Below, piece after piece: positions 55,431 through 64,000 of a DNA stretch of 64,000 nt. The first letter of the stretch is position 1, and each line of letters opens with the position of its first letter. The notes under the pieces were generated by a model. The model was given only the letters and a program-made list of their open reading frames with translations, searched no databases and was not told where the DNA came from. The translations under genes and the position numbers were made by a program. The DNA comes from a virus, in the IMG/VR virus record IMGVR_UViG_3300035670_000089, positions 1 through 64,000 of that record; one strand, written 5' to 3'.

Positions 55431-58006
55431 GATTCTTCTCCTCTACTCGAGTAAGTCGTGTATGTCTTGTAAACTAGTCCCACCGGTAATGTCTCTTTCA
55501 AGAACTTATCGTATTGATGAGGTAATTTATTACCAATGTCTATATCCAGTTTAGGTAGATAATTTACTAACGGATATATCAATACCGGGCCGTCCTCTAC
55601 TAACACCCTCTCAATTGGCGTAGCTTTAAACTGCTCTATCGTATAGACTGAATACCCCTCGGGTAGAACAAAATTGTCCATACCGCCTTCTACATACGCC
55701 GGGTGCTTTATCGGGAACCCCGGCACCTCTCTCTTCACCCAGTCCCCATCTACATACTTAAACCCTATCGCATAATACTCCTCAGGAGTTAGCTCACCCG
55801 TATATACAGATAAAGTATCACTATAATTACAAACAGCATCCGGAACATAGAGGTTAATAAGAGGCGAGAAAGATGGAAATTCCGGGTATATCAGAGTAGC
55901 ATCCACGCCCAGGAAGTTATTGAGGAAATCCATAAAACTCAGCAGAGCTACATCGGGACGGGAGAAGTAACGAGATATCTTATCCCGGAGGAATCCGCCT
56001 TGGGATACTGGAATCGGACAAGCTAGAGATAACTCTGCCCATTTATATAGGTCGTCCGACATTGCAGTTGTATAAGAAACAGCAGCCTCAGACTTTAATA
56101 AACCCAGCGCCCAATCGAAGTATAGATTTGCTTCTGCGTAGAGCATACTGCCGATAACCGAATGCACGGACTCTAACGCTTCCTCTCCAAACCAACGCTT
56201 CCCATAAGGCATCATTCTCCGTAGTTCTTGTAAGGTGTAGTTAACTATCCCGTACGCCTCTATACCCTTACTGTTAAACATCTCCGCCGGTATCGGATTG
56301 TATGACGACAAGAAAGAACGTACTAAACTTAGTCTTACTAAATAATCTGTAGGAAGTTCATCCCCCTCTAGTTGACTTTTCTGTACCTCAAATATCGTTA
56401 AGGCCCACTCGGGTATATACAGCTCCTCGTCGTACAACTCTACATTAGGGTTATCTAGGGTGTAGGTAAATATCGTCTCTCCAAAGAATAACGACCCCCG
56501 CAGAGTATCCAGAATTCGATACGCCCACAAAATAATGTAGTCCGGTATATACGGGGAATCCTCAGGATGCAACACTAAAAGTTCCGCGCGGATATCCTCG
56601 TACTGTTGAAGTGTATAAATCAAGGACTCCTTGTCGGGGAAGTATAGATACCAAAGGGCTTTAGTCGCAAGAGAACTAAGTAGGGTATACAGACGTAGAG
56701 CTTCAGAGGAAGTAGAATCGTTTACGAGGAACGGGGATTCGTAAACACTAAAGGGGTCTTTATAGTTCCGATCGACGAACTCATAATACAGCGGGTGGGA
56801 TAACTCTACCGGGGACTCTAGTATCTTGGTGTGGAGTCTAGCGCATAGTCTATGCACGAAGGTATCGTAATCTATTCCAAGATATAGATGTAAGAATATA
56901 TCGGTTTGATAGGAGGCCTTATGACAAGGCGCATCGTAGGAGTATTGTCCTAAATGCTCCTTATAAGAGCACCAGCCGGAAACCGGAGATATGGAGTAAA
57001 CACAGAAGTACGCCAAAGCTTTAAGAGAGATTAGGAGTTCTTCGATGAATAATCCTCTTTTACCGTATAGAGGAAGTTCATTCAGGGGTAACCTATCCTG
57101 AAGGAAACTTATGCCGCTACAGATAGCTGTGCCTAAGAGTGCATTGGGATATATTTCCTTTAAGCCCCGGGTTGTATATATACCCCCTAGGTCTAAATAA
57201 TACTCAAACCCCCAAAGCCCTTCTGGATTAAGAGATAACTTACCCTCCTCGTTATCGAAGAGGAACCACCGTCTAAGTTTGGCTTGGCGGACAAACTCCT
57301 TAATTATGGAGAGGACAAGATATACGTCCTCGTAAGATATAGCCATGAATAATCCATACGCTATAACCTCCGGATTCGTAGTCTCCATAGAGGAGTCTAT
57401 CTGTATAGAGGGAAACCACCCACCATCGGTATGCGGAAGTCTAGCTCGAGATACAAAACTAGGAGCATCCGGAATCTCGTTTAGAACAACATCTCCAGAG
57501 GTATTTACGTCCAGGTCTACCAAGAGAGAAGCGGAGCCTAAGACCGACTGTAGTTTATATGTCTCTTTACCTTGAGGGGTAGCCTTAAGTTTATACTCAA
57601 ACGGGCGATCGAAATAGTATTCGTATTCTCGAGTGTCAGGATGAATAGGAGTATAAAATCTAGGGTCATCGGGGCGATGCTCAAAGACTATTTTATACAT
57701 CTGGTCGTTATCAACATCCTTTAATCCACTTCTCATGCGGTAGAGAGATAGCGGAACTTTTGTATATATACTCGCTGTTGACCATACTGGTACCGGACTA
57801 CTCGCCTTCATCGGCGCCAAGAAGTTCTCGTACTTTATCTCTATCGCGCGGGCATCTGTAGGGCCATCTACTACGGTAGTAACTTGGGTATAGGGTTTAC
57901 TTGTAAAGAACGCGGGGGCAGTAACCGAGAGTTTTTCTCCATCGTCTAGAGAGGATAAACTCTGGTTAGCGTGAGTAAAGAGGGGTCTTAAATATTCTGG
58001 TACCAT
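55418..58006 (-). CDS. Putative baseplate/tail protein
   Basis: Directly follows the baseplate J-like gene. ELRRMMPYGKRWF...DDLYKW...FLKETLPVG resembles wedge (P2 gpI / Mu gp48-like) C-termini. Confidence 0.5.
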   Translation of the reverse strand: MVPEYLRPLFTHANQSLSSLDDGEKLSVTAPAFFTSKPYTQVTTVVDGPTDARAIEIKYENFLAPMKASSPVPVWSTASIYTKVPLSLYRMRSGLKDVDNDQMYKIVFEHRPDDPRFYTPIHPDTREYEYYFDRPFEYKLKATPQGKETYKLQSVLGSASLLVDLDVNTSGDVVLNEIPDAPSFVSRARLPHTDGGWFPSIQIDSSMETTNPEVIAYGLFMAISYEDVYLVLSIIKEFVRQAKLRRWFLFDNEEGKLSLNPEGLWGFEYYLDLGGIYTTRGLKEIYPNALLGTAICSGISFLQDRLPLNELPLYGKRGLFIEELLISLKALAYFCVYSISPVSGWCSYKEHLGQYSYDAPCHKASYQTDIFLHLYLGIDYDTFVHRLCARLHTKILESPVELSHPLYYEFVDRNYKDPFSVYESPFLVNDSTSSEALRLYTLLSSLATKALWYLYFPDKESLIYTLQQYEDIRAELLVLHPEDSPYIPDYIILWAYRILDTLRGSLFFGETIFTYTLDNPNVELYDEELYIPEWALTIFEVQKSQLEGDELPTDYLVRLSLVRSFLSSYNPIPAEMFNSKGIEAYGIVNYTLQELRRMMPYGKRWFGEEALESVHSVIGSMLYAEANLYFDWALGLLKSEAAVSYTTAMSDDLYKWAELSLACPIPVSQGGFLRDKISRYFSRPDVALLSFMDFLNNFLGVDATLIYPEFPSFSPLINLYVPDAVCNYSDTLSVYTGELTPEEYYAIGFKYVDGDWVKREVPGFPIKHPAYVEGGMDNFVLPEGYSVYTIEQFKATPIERVLVEDGPVLIYPLVNYLPKLDIDIGNKLPHQYDKFLKETLPVGLVYKTYTTYSSRGEESWTP

Positions 58007-59085
58007 GTTGAAGCCGCGGGGTAAGTAACTTTAATATCTCCGAGAACAATAACCTCATCAGAGAGAGAGACAATATCCTCGGTGGGTTCGATAATCTTCA
58101 CACTCCGCACCAAAGGAGAAATTAATCCCTCTACAGTCTGTATAGAAAAAGTATCCCCAATACCTAAACTTTTAACCGCGGCAGTAACTATTGCGTTCAC
58201 CCTCTGCGTTAAATTATTCAGGTCGGCATCTCTCCCACTATAAGGGCGCATCTCTACGTGGACATCCACCACCTTTCGCCTTGCTTGAATAATTACCGGA
58301 ATAACTCCCATAGAGATATCCGGGCGGATATACGTTAGAATTTCTTCTCTTTGTCTATCTGTATAATTCTGTTCGGAGTCTAACCAAATCTCTACAACAC
58401 CGGGAATAGATGTCCGGACATATACCCGCTCCACCAGAGGGTACTGTAGAAGTTTCGCTTCAATCGTACTTTGAGTAGAGGAAGAAGACCTAGAGAGATA
58501 TGCTATTAATCTATTCCGGTAGGATAAGTCGGGCTCGACATCTCTCCCCCCGATTAAGTCTCCATAATACCTGTCGGTATAATTACTCCCAACAATAACC
58601 TGAGTATCCGGAAAGTCTGGAGAGAATAACTTTGTACCCGCGGGTAAATTATGTTCCGCGCCGGGGTTTAAAGATACTACCGGGATTACTGTATTAAGAA
58701 AGGGGTATACTGTGACGACGCCGCTGTTTACAGTGTAGAACTCCAAGCCGTTTTCCAGATATACCAGAGAGGTCAATTGTGGAATCTGAATATTCTGCTC
58801 GAAAGACCGCATCATTACAAAACCAGTAGCAACCTGAGCGCCTTCTCGAACGAGAAAACTAGAACCTATCCGGTCTAGATACTCCCCGGTAGCCGTCAAT
58901 ATACTAGTATTAGCTTGAGACTCAATTAAACGGTAATCTTGTTGAGCTGCGATAACAGAGGAAGCGCGGGATAGAGTATACGCCAGGGAGCCTTCTATTC
59001 TATCGACAACCAGTCCGCTTCCAGATTGGATAAGAGCGGAAAAGTAATCCTGTTGTATCTCGTCTACACTTCTTGGACTTAACAT
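57988..59085 (-). CDS. Baseplate J-like wedge protein
   Basis: TATGEYLDRIG...REGAQVATG, PGAEHNLPAGT, GGRDVEPDLSYRNR and PGVVEIW. Confidence 0.88.
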   Translation of the reverse strand: MLSPRSVDEIQQDYFSALIQSGSGLVVDRIEGSLAYTLSRASSVIAAQQDYRLIESQANTSILTATGEYLDRIGSSFLVREGAQVATGFVMMRSFEQNIQIPQLTSLVYLENGLEFYTVNSGVVTVYPFLNTVIPVVSLNPGAEHNLPAGTKLFSPDFPDTQVIVGSNYTDRYYGDLIGGRDVEPDLSYRNRLIAYLSRSSSSTQSTIEAKLLQYPLVERVYVRTSIPGVVEIWLDSEQNYTDRQREEILTYIRPDISMGVIPVIIQARRKVVDVHVEMRPYSGRDADLNNLTQRVNAIVTAAVKSLGIGDTFSIQTVEGLISPLVRSVKIIEPTEDIVSLSDEVIVLGDIKVTYPAASTWYQNI

Positions 59086-59093
59086 TTTTACTC

Positions 59094-59555
59094 CTAAAAG
59101 GACACATCTAACTGTTGTGTCTGTGTATCACTAAATTCTAAGCCGTTTATCTTATACTCAATCTCTAAGTCTATTCTACCGATACCGGTAGTTTCCATCG
59201 ATTTACTCAAACGCAACAAAGTAATAGTGGTTCTCTTTTCTTTATCCCCACTTACCAACGCTGTACTCTGAATCTCATCGATAAACGAGATAGGCTCCGA
59301 TAAATACTGATCTAAATCTGTTCCATACTCTCTATTAAGAACTTCAACCGAATCTCCTAAACGAACCATCCGCGCATAACCGTTCTTCGGAGTCGCAATG
59401 CGACGCGCTAAAGCTTCAGATATAGATTCTCTGTCGCGGCTGTACTCCAATCTACCCTTAGCGTCCAACTTCAGGTCATACTCAAAACCATAGTCATTGG
59501 TAGGGAACAAATCTAAGAGCATGTCCGCCCCATACTTCTCATATAAATAACTCAT
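59094..59555 (-). CDS. gp25/GPW-like baseplate wedge protein
   Basis: DL...GRL...SISEALARRIATPKN...EYGTDL...EKR pattern; lies just upstream of baseplate J. Confidence 0.7.
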   Translation of the reverse strand: MSYLYEKYGADMLLDLFPTNDYGFEYDLKLDAKGRLEYSRDRESISEALARRIATPKNGYARMVRLGDSVEVLNREYGTDLDQYLSEPISFIDEIQSTALVSGDKEKRTTITLLRLSKSMETTGIGRIDLEIEYKINGLEFSDTQTQQLDVSF

Positions 59556-59573
59556 ACACCCGAGGCCTCCCGT

Positions 59574-60182
59574 CTACGAAAGCACTAAATAATTGGAGCT
59601 TCTACTATCACTATTCTCCCCCGTTAAAACCGAAAGCGTGTTCCCCTCCGTAATCGTCCAGGTCATCCGACCAAACCTACCTAATGGTTGCCGCGCCTTC
59701 GTATAGTTCATAACCTCCAGGTGATAAACACCTGGAGTCCATAAACCACTCCCCTCAATCTCACAGGTATGTAATTTATCTATATCATTACCCACCGCAA
59801 TAATCCTGCGGTCTGTCCCTCTCAATGTCCAACCAACCTCTCCTAACTCCTTCGTCCCCGCATTCCTACACTTAACCGATAAACTCCCAAACTCCCGGAA
59901 GATTATTCTCTTTGGAGTCGGTTCAACCCATTTATACATCTCAGCTTGAGTAACTTTCTTCTCCGTGCTTAACATGACAAACGCTAAGTTGCCGGAAGTC
60001 CGAATTACTACTCCCACTACCTCAGAATCGAACAATAAGGTTTGCCCTACATTTAACGGGTCAGTCTGTACTCTCACCGTTACTTCATTCTTTAATTGAG
60101 AGACTACCGTGTATATACCTCTGGGCCTCTCTAAAGAGTTATCGAGGATATACGCCGATGCAGGCTGATTAATATCAAACAT
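59574..60182 (-). CDS. Hypothetical protein
   Basis: GAGGA RBS; baseplate module context. Confidence 0.6.
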   Translation of the reverse strand: MFDINQPASAYILDNSLERPRGIYTVVSQLKNEVTVRVQTDPLNVGQTLLFDSEVVGVVIRTSGNLAFVMLSTEKKVTQAEMYKWVEPTPKRIIFREFGSLSVKCRNAGTKELGEVGWTLRGTDRRIIAVGNDIDKLHTCEIEGSGLWTPGVYHLEVMNYTKARQPLGRFGRMTWTITEGNTLSVLTGENSDSRSSNYLVLS

Positions 60183-60205
60183 TATTTCTTCCTCGTGTTA
60201 TGTAT

Positions 60206-61753
60206 CTACGCCGTTTCTTCATCAGGAGTAGGGTAATCGGTATCGGGTTCCGGCTCTACTGAAGATATAGAAAAGAAGGTCGGAAAGATATTTTCGGTAT
60301 CCACGCCGTAGTTTATCTGAGGTTGAGATTTAGGCACAGGAGCAGAGTTGTAATAATCCAAAGGCGTTAAGGAAGGATAAGTCTTAAACTTGAAGCCATT
60401 GCTACCTCCACTAAGAAGACCGAAGAATGCGTCCGCGCCGGGGATATTATTGAGAAGTCCCGTTGCATCTAACACAGAATTTAGGGCTCCCCCTAAATCT
60501 CCATTAAGGATATCGCTAAAACCAGGGATAACATCGTTAACCGCATCGGTTAACACTCCAGTAACGCCACCGGTCAAAGCATCTACTACTCCAGCCGCTC
60601 CGCCGCTTTGAAGAAGACTATCCAACCCATCCGATAAAACACCGCCGACCACATTACCCACAGTTCCCGTTAAGAAATCACCCCCCGCATCTTGAACAGC
60701 GCCTAAGACCATATTCGAGAAACCGGAACCAATAGCTCCGTCTACCATAAAGTTGGTAGCGTTCATGAAACTTGAGAAGTTCCCGTTCGCTAAAGCCCCT
60801 GCAGCGGAGACTATAGGTAAGTCCCCAACTATATCTCCTAACGTTCCTCCAACAACGCTCCCTAAGACATTGGAGAGAGAACCTTTAATGGAGTCGATAA
60901 AGGATGGCGCTAGATTACTAGTAACGGCATCTAGATTGACTCTTCCACCTAAAGTAGCAGACATTCCCACATAGACTACCGGAGCATCTATATAAATAGG
61001 CCCCCCACTATTCAAAGCCATTAAGGTACTGGAGCCCATAATATTGGGGCCGGTGGAGTTGACTAACAATTCCCCTCCAGTCTTTATAACTCCTCCCATA
61101 AGAGATTCAAGATGAAATCCCTTCTTAGCGTCGACGTTAAAAGTCCCGTCGGTCATATTCCCGATACCAACTTTTGCATCTAGGGATATAGATTTGTCCC
61201 TCGATGTAAACTTCACATCGTTGATAGCGCCCAACTCAAAGATTCCATATTTGGAACCCACCTTAGAGCGCAGGGATATCGGGAGCTTAGTACTCTGACC
61301 TACTTGAAGACGATAGTAATCCGCGTAGGACTCATTCTTAGAGATATGGTCTACATGGATACCCGCGCCGATAAAGTCTTGACTCTCGATATATCTATAG
61401 TTGTTCTCCCCCATCAATACATTTATATTCTGCGCGCGAGTCCAACGGTTGATAGAGCTTATTTGAGTATGGAAGGTTTGTTCATGGTTATTCTTAGCTT
61501 GATGGATAGATACGTTGGCATTGTGCGATATCTGTGGGGCGTAAACATCAAAAGCGACGCCGCAGTTAAAACGTTGAATTTTAGCTTCATCCTGTTTTTG
61601 AGCCGAACTCCTGTTAAAGGATATGTTATTCCAATGGTTGTCTAACTGCGGTATCTGCGAACCAAGTATCGTCGAGAGGGATACAGAATTAGCATCTTTA
61701 TAAAATTTAATTGGGTTAGAACCAGAACCAAAACCAAAAGGAAGAGTAGACAT
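60206..61753 (-). CDS. Putative baseplate spike/hub protein (beta-helix-like repeats, Gly-rich C-terminus)
   Basis: ~8-aa periodic beta segments (SISLDAKV GIGNMTDG TFNVDAKK...PIYIDAPVVYVG), typical of gp5/gpV C-termini, upstream of the gp25-like gene. Confidence 0.5.
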   Translation of the reverse strand: MSTLPFGFGSGSNPIKFYKDANSVSLSTILGSQIPQLDNHWNNISFNRSSAQKQDEAKIQRFNCGVAFDVYAPQISHNANVSIHQAKNNHEQTFHTQISSINRWTRAQNINVLMGENNYRYIESQDFIGAGIHVDHISKNESYADYYRLQVGQSTKLPISLRSKVGSKYGIFELGAINDVKFTSRDKSISLDAKVGIGNMTDGTFNVDAKKGFHLESLMGGVIKTGGELLVNSTGPNIMGSSTLMALNSGGPIYIDAPVVYVGMSATLGGRVNLDAVTSNLAPSFIDSIKGSLSNVLGSVVGGTLGDIVGDLPIVSAAGALANGNFSSFMNATNFMVDGAIGSGFSNMVLGAVQDAGGDFLTGTVGNVVGGVLSDGLDSLLQSGGAAGVVDALTGGVTGVLTDAVNDVIPGFSDILNGDLGGALNSVLDATGLLNNIPGADAFFGLLSGGSNGFKFKTYPSLTPLDYYNSAPVPKSQPQINYGVDTENIFPTFFSISSVEPEPDTDYPTPDEETA

Positions 61754-61806
61754 AAATAAAATGATAAAAGAGCGACCTACTATAAGTATCCCTAGTATAG
61801 ATATCC

Positions 61807-62520
61807 CTAACCCACAATAGAAGAGTCATTACCGATACCGATATCCACGGCGCTAGGATCATAAGGGTTAGATAATACGGAGTCGTTAGCTGATCCCCAA
61901 AGAGGATCATTCCCTCCAAAAGGATCATCCGCGGGTGTAACCACATCGCCCCATAGTGGATCATTCTCTCCTCCATCTCCCCAGAGAGGTTCTTCCCCAG
62001 GCTCGAAGTTAGGTAAAGTATCTGTTCCGCCAGAACCGTCAGTAGTATCCTGACCGTCCCCGTCTCCATCATCCCCTCCGTTGTCGTTTAAACTCTTCGT
62101 TAAAGCCGCCACCCATCTCTCTAATACAGGAATCTCAGACTCGACATGTACATCCCTAACCTGGGATAAAAACCCGTTGACCCGACCGGTCTGTTCTTCA
62201 CGCGCACCATCAACCCGAGCTTTATTAAAATTACTGTCGTACTCAGAGTCCTTCAATATATGCCTACTTAACCCCGCCGCCGCCCATCTATCAGCTTCAG
62301 AGCCTCTTGGGACTCTGCTATAATTGAGTACGTTAATATTAAAATAATCCTCAACAAGATTATTAGAAAGTTGTTTAACCTGAGCTTGAGGGTCAGCGGG
62401 AGGAGTACCTGTCTCAGTAACTTGAGAGTTAGAATGATTAGACAAAGCCTGCAATTCCTCTCGAGAAATTGTAGACTTATCGATGTTGTCCGTAGTAGCG
62501 ACATAGGCAGAATAAGTCAA
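61807..62520 (-). CDS. Hypothetical protein with acidic C-terminal D/E-PLWG repeats
   Basis: ORF overlaps the upstream stop; EPLWGD, DPLWGD, DPFGG and DPLWGS. Confidence 0.6.
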   Translation of the reverse strand: MTYSAYVATTDNIDKSTISREELQALSNHSNSQVTETGTPPADPQAQVKQLSNNLVEDYFNINVLNYSRVPRGSEADRWAAAGLSRHILKDSEYDSNFNKARVDGAREEQTGRVNGFLSQVRDVHVESEIPVLERWVAALTKSLNDNGGDDGDGDGQDTTDGSGGTDTLPNFEPGEEPLWGDGGENDPLWGDVVTPADDPFGGNDPLWGSANDSVLSNPYDPSAVDIGIGNDSSIVG

Positions 62521-63935
62521 GGTAATACCTCCAAAAGCTTAACTCCGGTGTTATTCGTCTCATAGAAGATTTCCGCAGGTTCCCCATCTTTACCCGCTGT
62601 CCGCACCACCCGGTCTCGTAAGATACTCCCCCCAGTAAAGCGAGTAACATCAAAGACAATACTATCCCCTATATAACTCCGCGCTTTCAAAACAATACTC
62701 TCACTACCCACCGTTGAGATGTTAGACAACGCTTGATACCGTAAATCACCTATCCTCGGTATCATATCCACCTTAATATCCCCAATACTCCCAAACTCTC
62801 CATTTATCACTTCTCCTAATCTCCCTGACTCTGTTTTCCCTATTACCTCACTCCCCGAACTCTCTAACCAGGGCAACAATAACCTCAACATATTATTCGC
62901 ATTCTCTTCAGCGCTGTATACATAATTCGCTATTTGTAGAGCTTTAAAGCCGTCGTAGGATAAGGCCAGGGCTTTAGCGACGTTATACTTCAACTCCGCG
63001 TATTGGGAATACTCTTTAAGAAATATCTGTAAATCTGTAAAGAGAATATTTGGAGGTAAGGTATTCAAGACCTGAGCTGCCTTTACCAAACCTTCTATAA
63101 CTAAAGCCTGGAATAACATCCTCACTCCCAACGGTTTAGCTATAGAGAGAACCCCCTTAGCCGCTTTACGAAGTGTTTCGATTCTTACTTGGTCATCTCC
63201 AAAAGCCGCGATTAATATAGTAAGAAGTTCCTCCGGATAATTACCAAATAACACCCGCAAGGAAAGAGAAGAGGCATCCTGTAGTTCAACCCCATTTCGT
63301 CTTGCGTACAGTTTAGCTGCATACCTAGAGTCTTCCGGGTCAGTAACGGACAATAAATCTCGAAAGGCGTTTAACGCCGAGTTATCAAATGAACTGTCTA
63401 GCCTCAATATATTCTTAATCCCTTGCAGTCTAGTTTGGGGACTATCCGCCGTGCGATAACCTTGAAAGTTCCAAAAGACTTCTACAAGTCGAGAGAACAT
63501 CTCTACCGGGTGCCCCTTCAGATTACTGTATAAGAAGTTAAAGGCAAAGGTTCCGAGGTGCCCGGCGTAGGTGAAATCTACATTGTCGGTATAGTCCTTC
63601 ATCAAGTAAGGCCAATACTTCTTCATCTCTAACTCCGATAACGCCTTGTCAACATGCGGCGTCAATTCGGATTGAGATGTATCTGTATACATAACACTCT
63701 GTAATGAGTGGTAAATGACTTGAGTTACAAGATAATCCCTGTAGTGAAGAACGGTCTTCGTTCTAGCTTTAGAGTAAGAATCAGAGTACTCCTTCATCAG
63801 AGTCATCAGATTAGTCTGCCCTGCCAGGATGTGAAATATATACTGGCGGTACGTTAAAAACTCCCTATGGTTTGTCCAACCATACTTAAGGAACCAAGGA
63901 GGGATAGGTAAGTGGGATAACAGTTTAGTCTGCAT
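62517..63935 (-). CDS. Hypothetical protein (tail module)
   Basis: 472-aa co-oriented ORF with no recognised motif. Confidence 0.65.
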   Translation of the reverse strand: MQTKLLSHLPIPPWFLKYGWTNHREFLTYRQYIFHILAGQTNLMTLMKEYSDSYSKARTKTVLHYRDYLVTQVIYHSLQSVMYTDTSQSELTPHVDKALSELEMKKYWPYLMKDYTDNVDFTYAGHLGTFAFNFLYSNLKGHPVEMFSRLVEVFWNFQGYRTADSPQTRLQGIKNILRLDSSFDNSALNAFRDLLSVTDPEDSRYAAKLYARRNGVELQDASSLSLRVLFGNYPEELLTILIAAFGDDQVRIETLRKAAKGVLSIAKPLGVRMLFQALVIEGLVKAAQVLNTLPPNILFTDLQIFLKEYSQYAELKYNVAKALALSYDGFKALQIANYVYSAEENANNMLRLLLPWLESSGSEVIGKTESGRLGEVINGEFGSIGDIKVDMIPRIGDLRYQALSNISTVGSESIVLKARSYIGDSIVFDVTRFTGGSILRDRVVRTAGKDGEPAEIFYETNNTGVKLLEVLP

Positions 63936-64000
63936 TGGTCTTTATGTATTTTTGAGTAAAGTGAGGGTCAGCGCCCAAGGGGTAATCATCAAAAGCAATA

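Noticed and set aside
1-64000. Stop-codon reassignment
   Set aside because: Genes are full length and densely packed under the standard code, and TAA, TAG and TGA all serve as stops.

Overview
This is a 64-kb segment of a large, probably temperate, contractile-tailed (myovirus-like) phage using the standard genetic code. A cyanobacterial host is plausible but is inference only. The left ~30 kb is mostly + strand. It carries a KilA-N/wHTH gene, a G/T-rich 5-nt-periodic non-coding array abutting tRNA-Arg(UCU), MazG, rIIB- and rIIA-like genes, and a complete four-gene ubiquitin-like conjugation operon (Ubl, E2-like, JAB, E1). It also encodes nucleotide metabolism (dNMP kinase, ThyX, NrdB, intein-containing NrdA), a large serine recombinase with an adjacent attP-like palindrome, and small virion proteins. 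Primase, RuvC-like and PD-(D/E)XK nucleases, an HU fusion, PIN-PhoH and a thermonuclease complete this half. The right ~34 kb is - strand morphogenesis: baseplate genes, terminase large subunit with an HNH-carrying intein, and a 6999-aa protein. That protein combines PLD motifs, a tape-measure-like body, two HExxH modules and a cluster of peptidoglycan-active domains. The best candidates for new biology are the pentamer array at 701-969, the phage Ubl-E2-JAB-E1 operon and the giant multi-enzyme protein. All family calls come from motif recognition by eye; no database searches were run.
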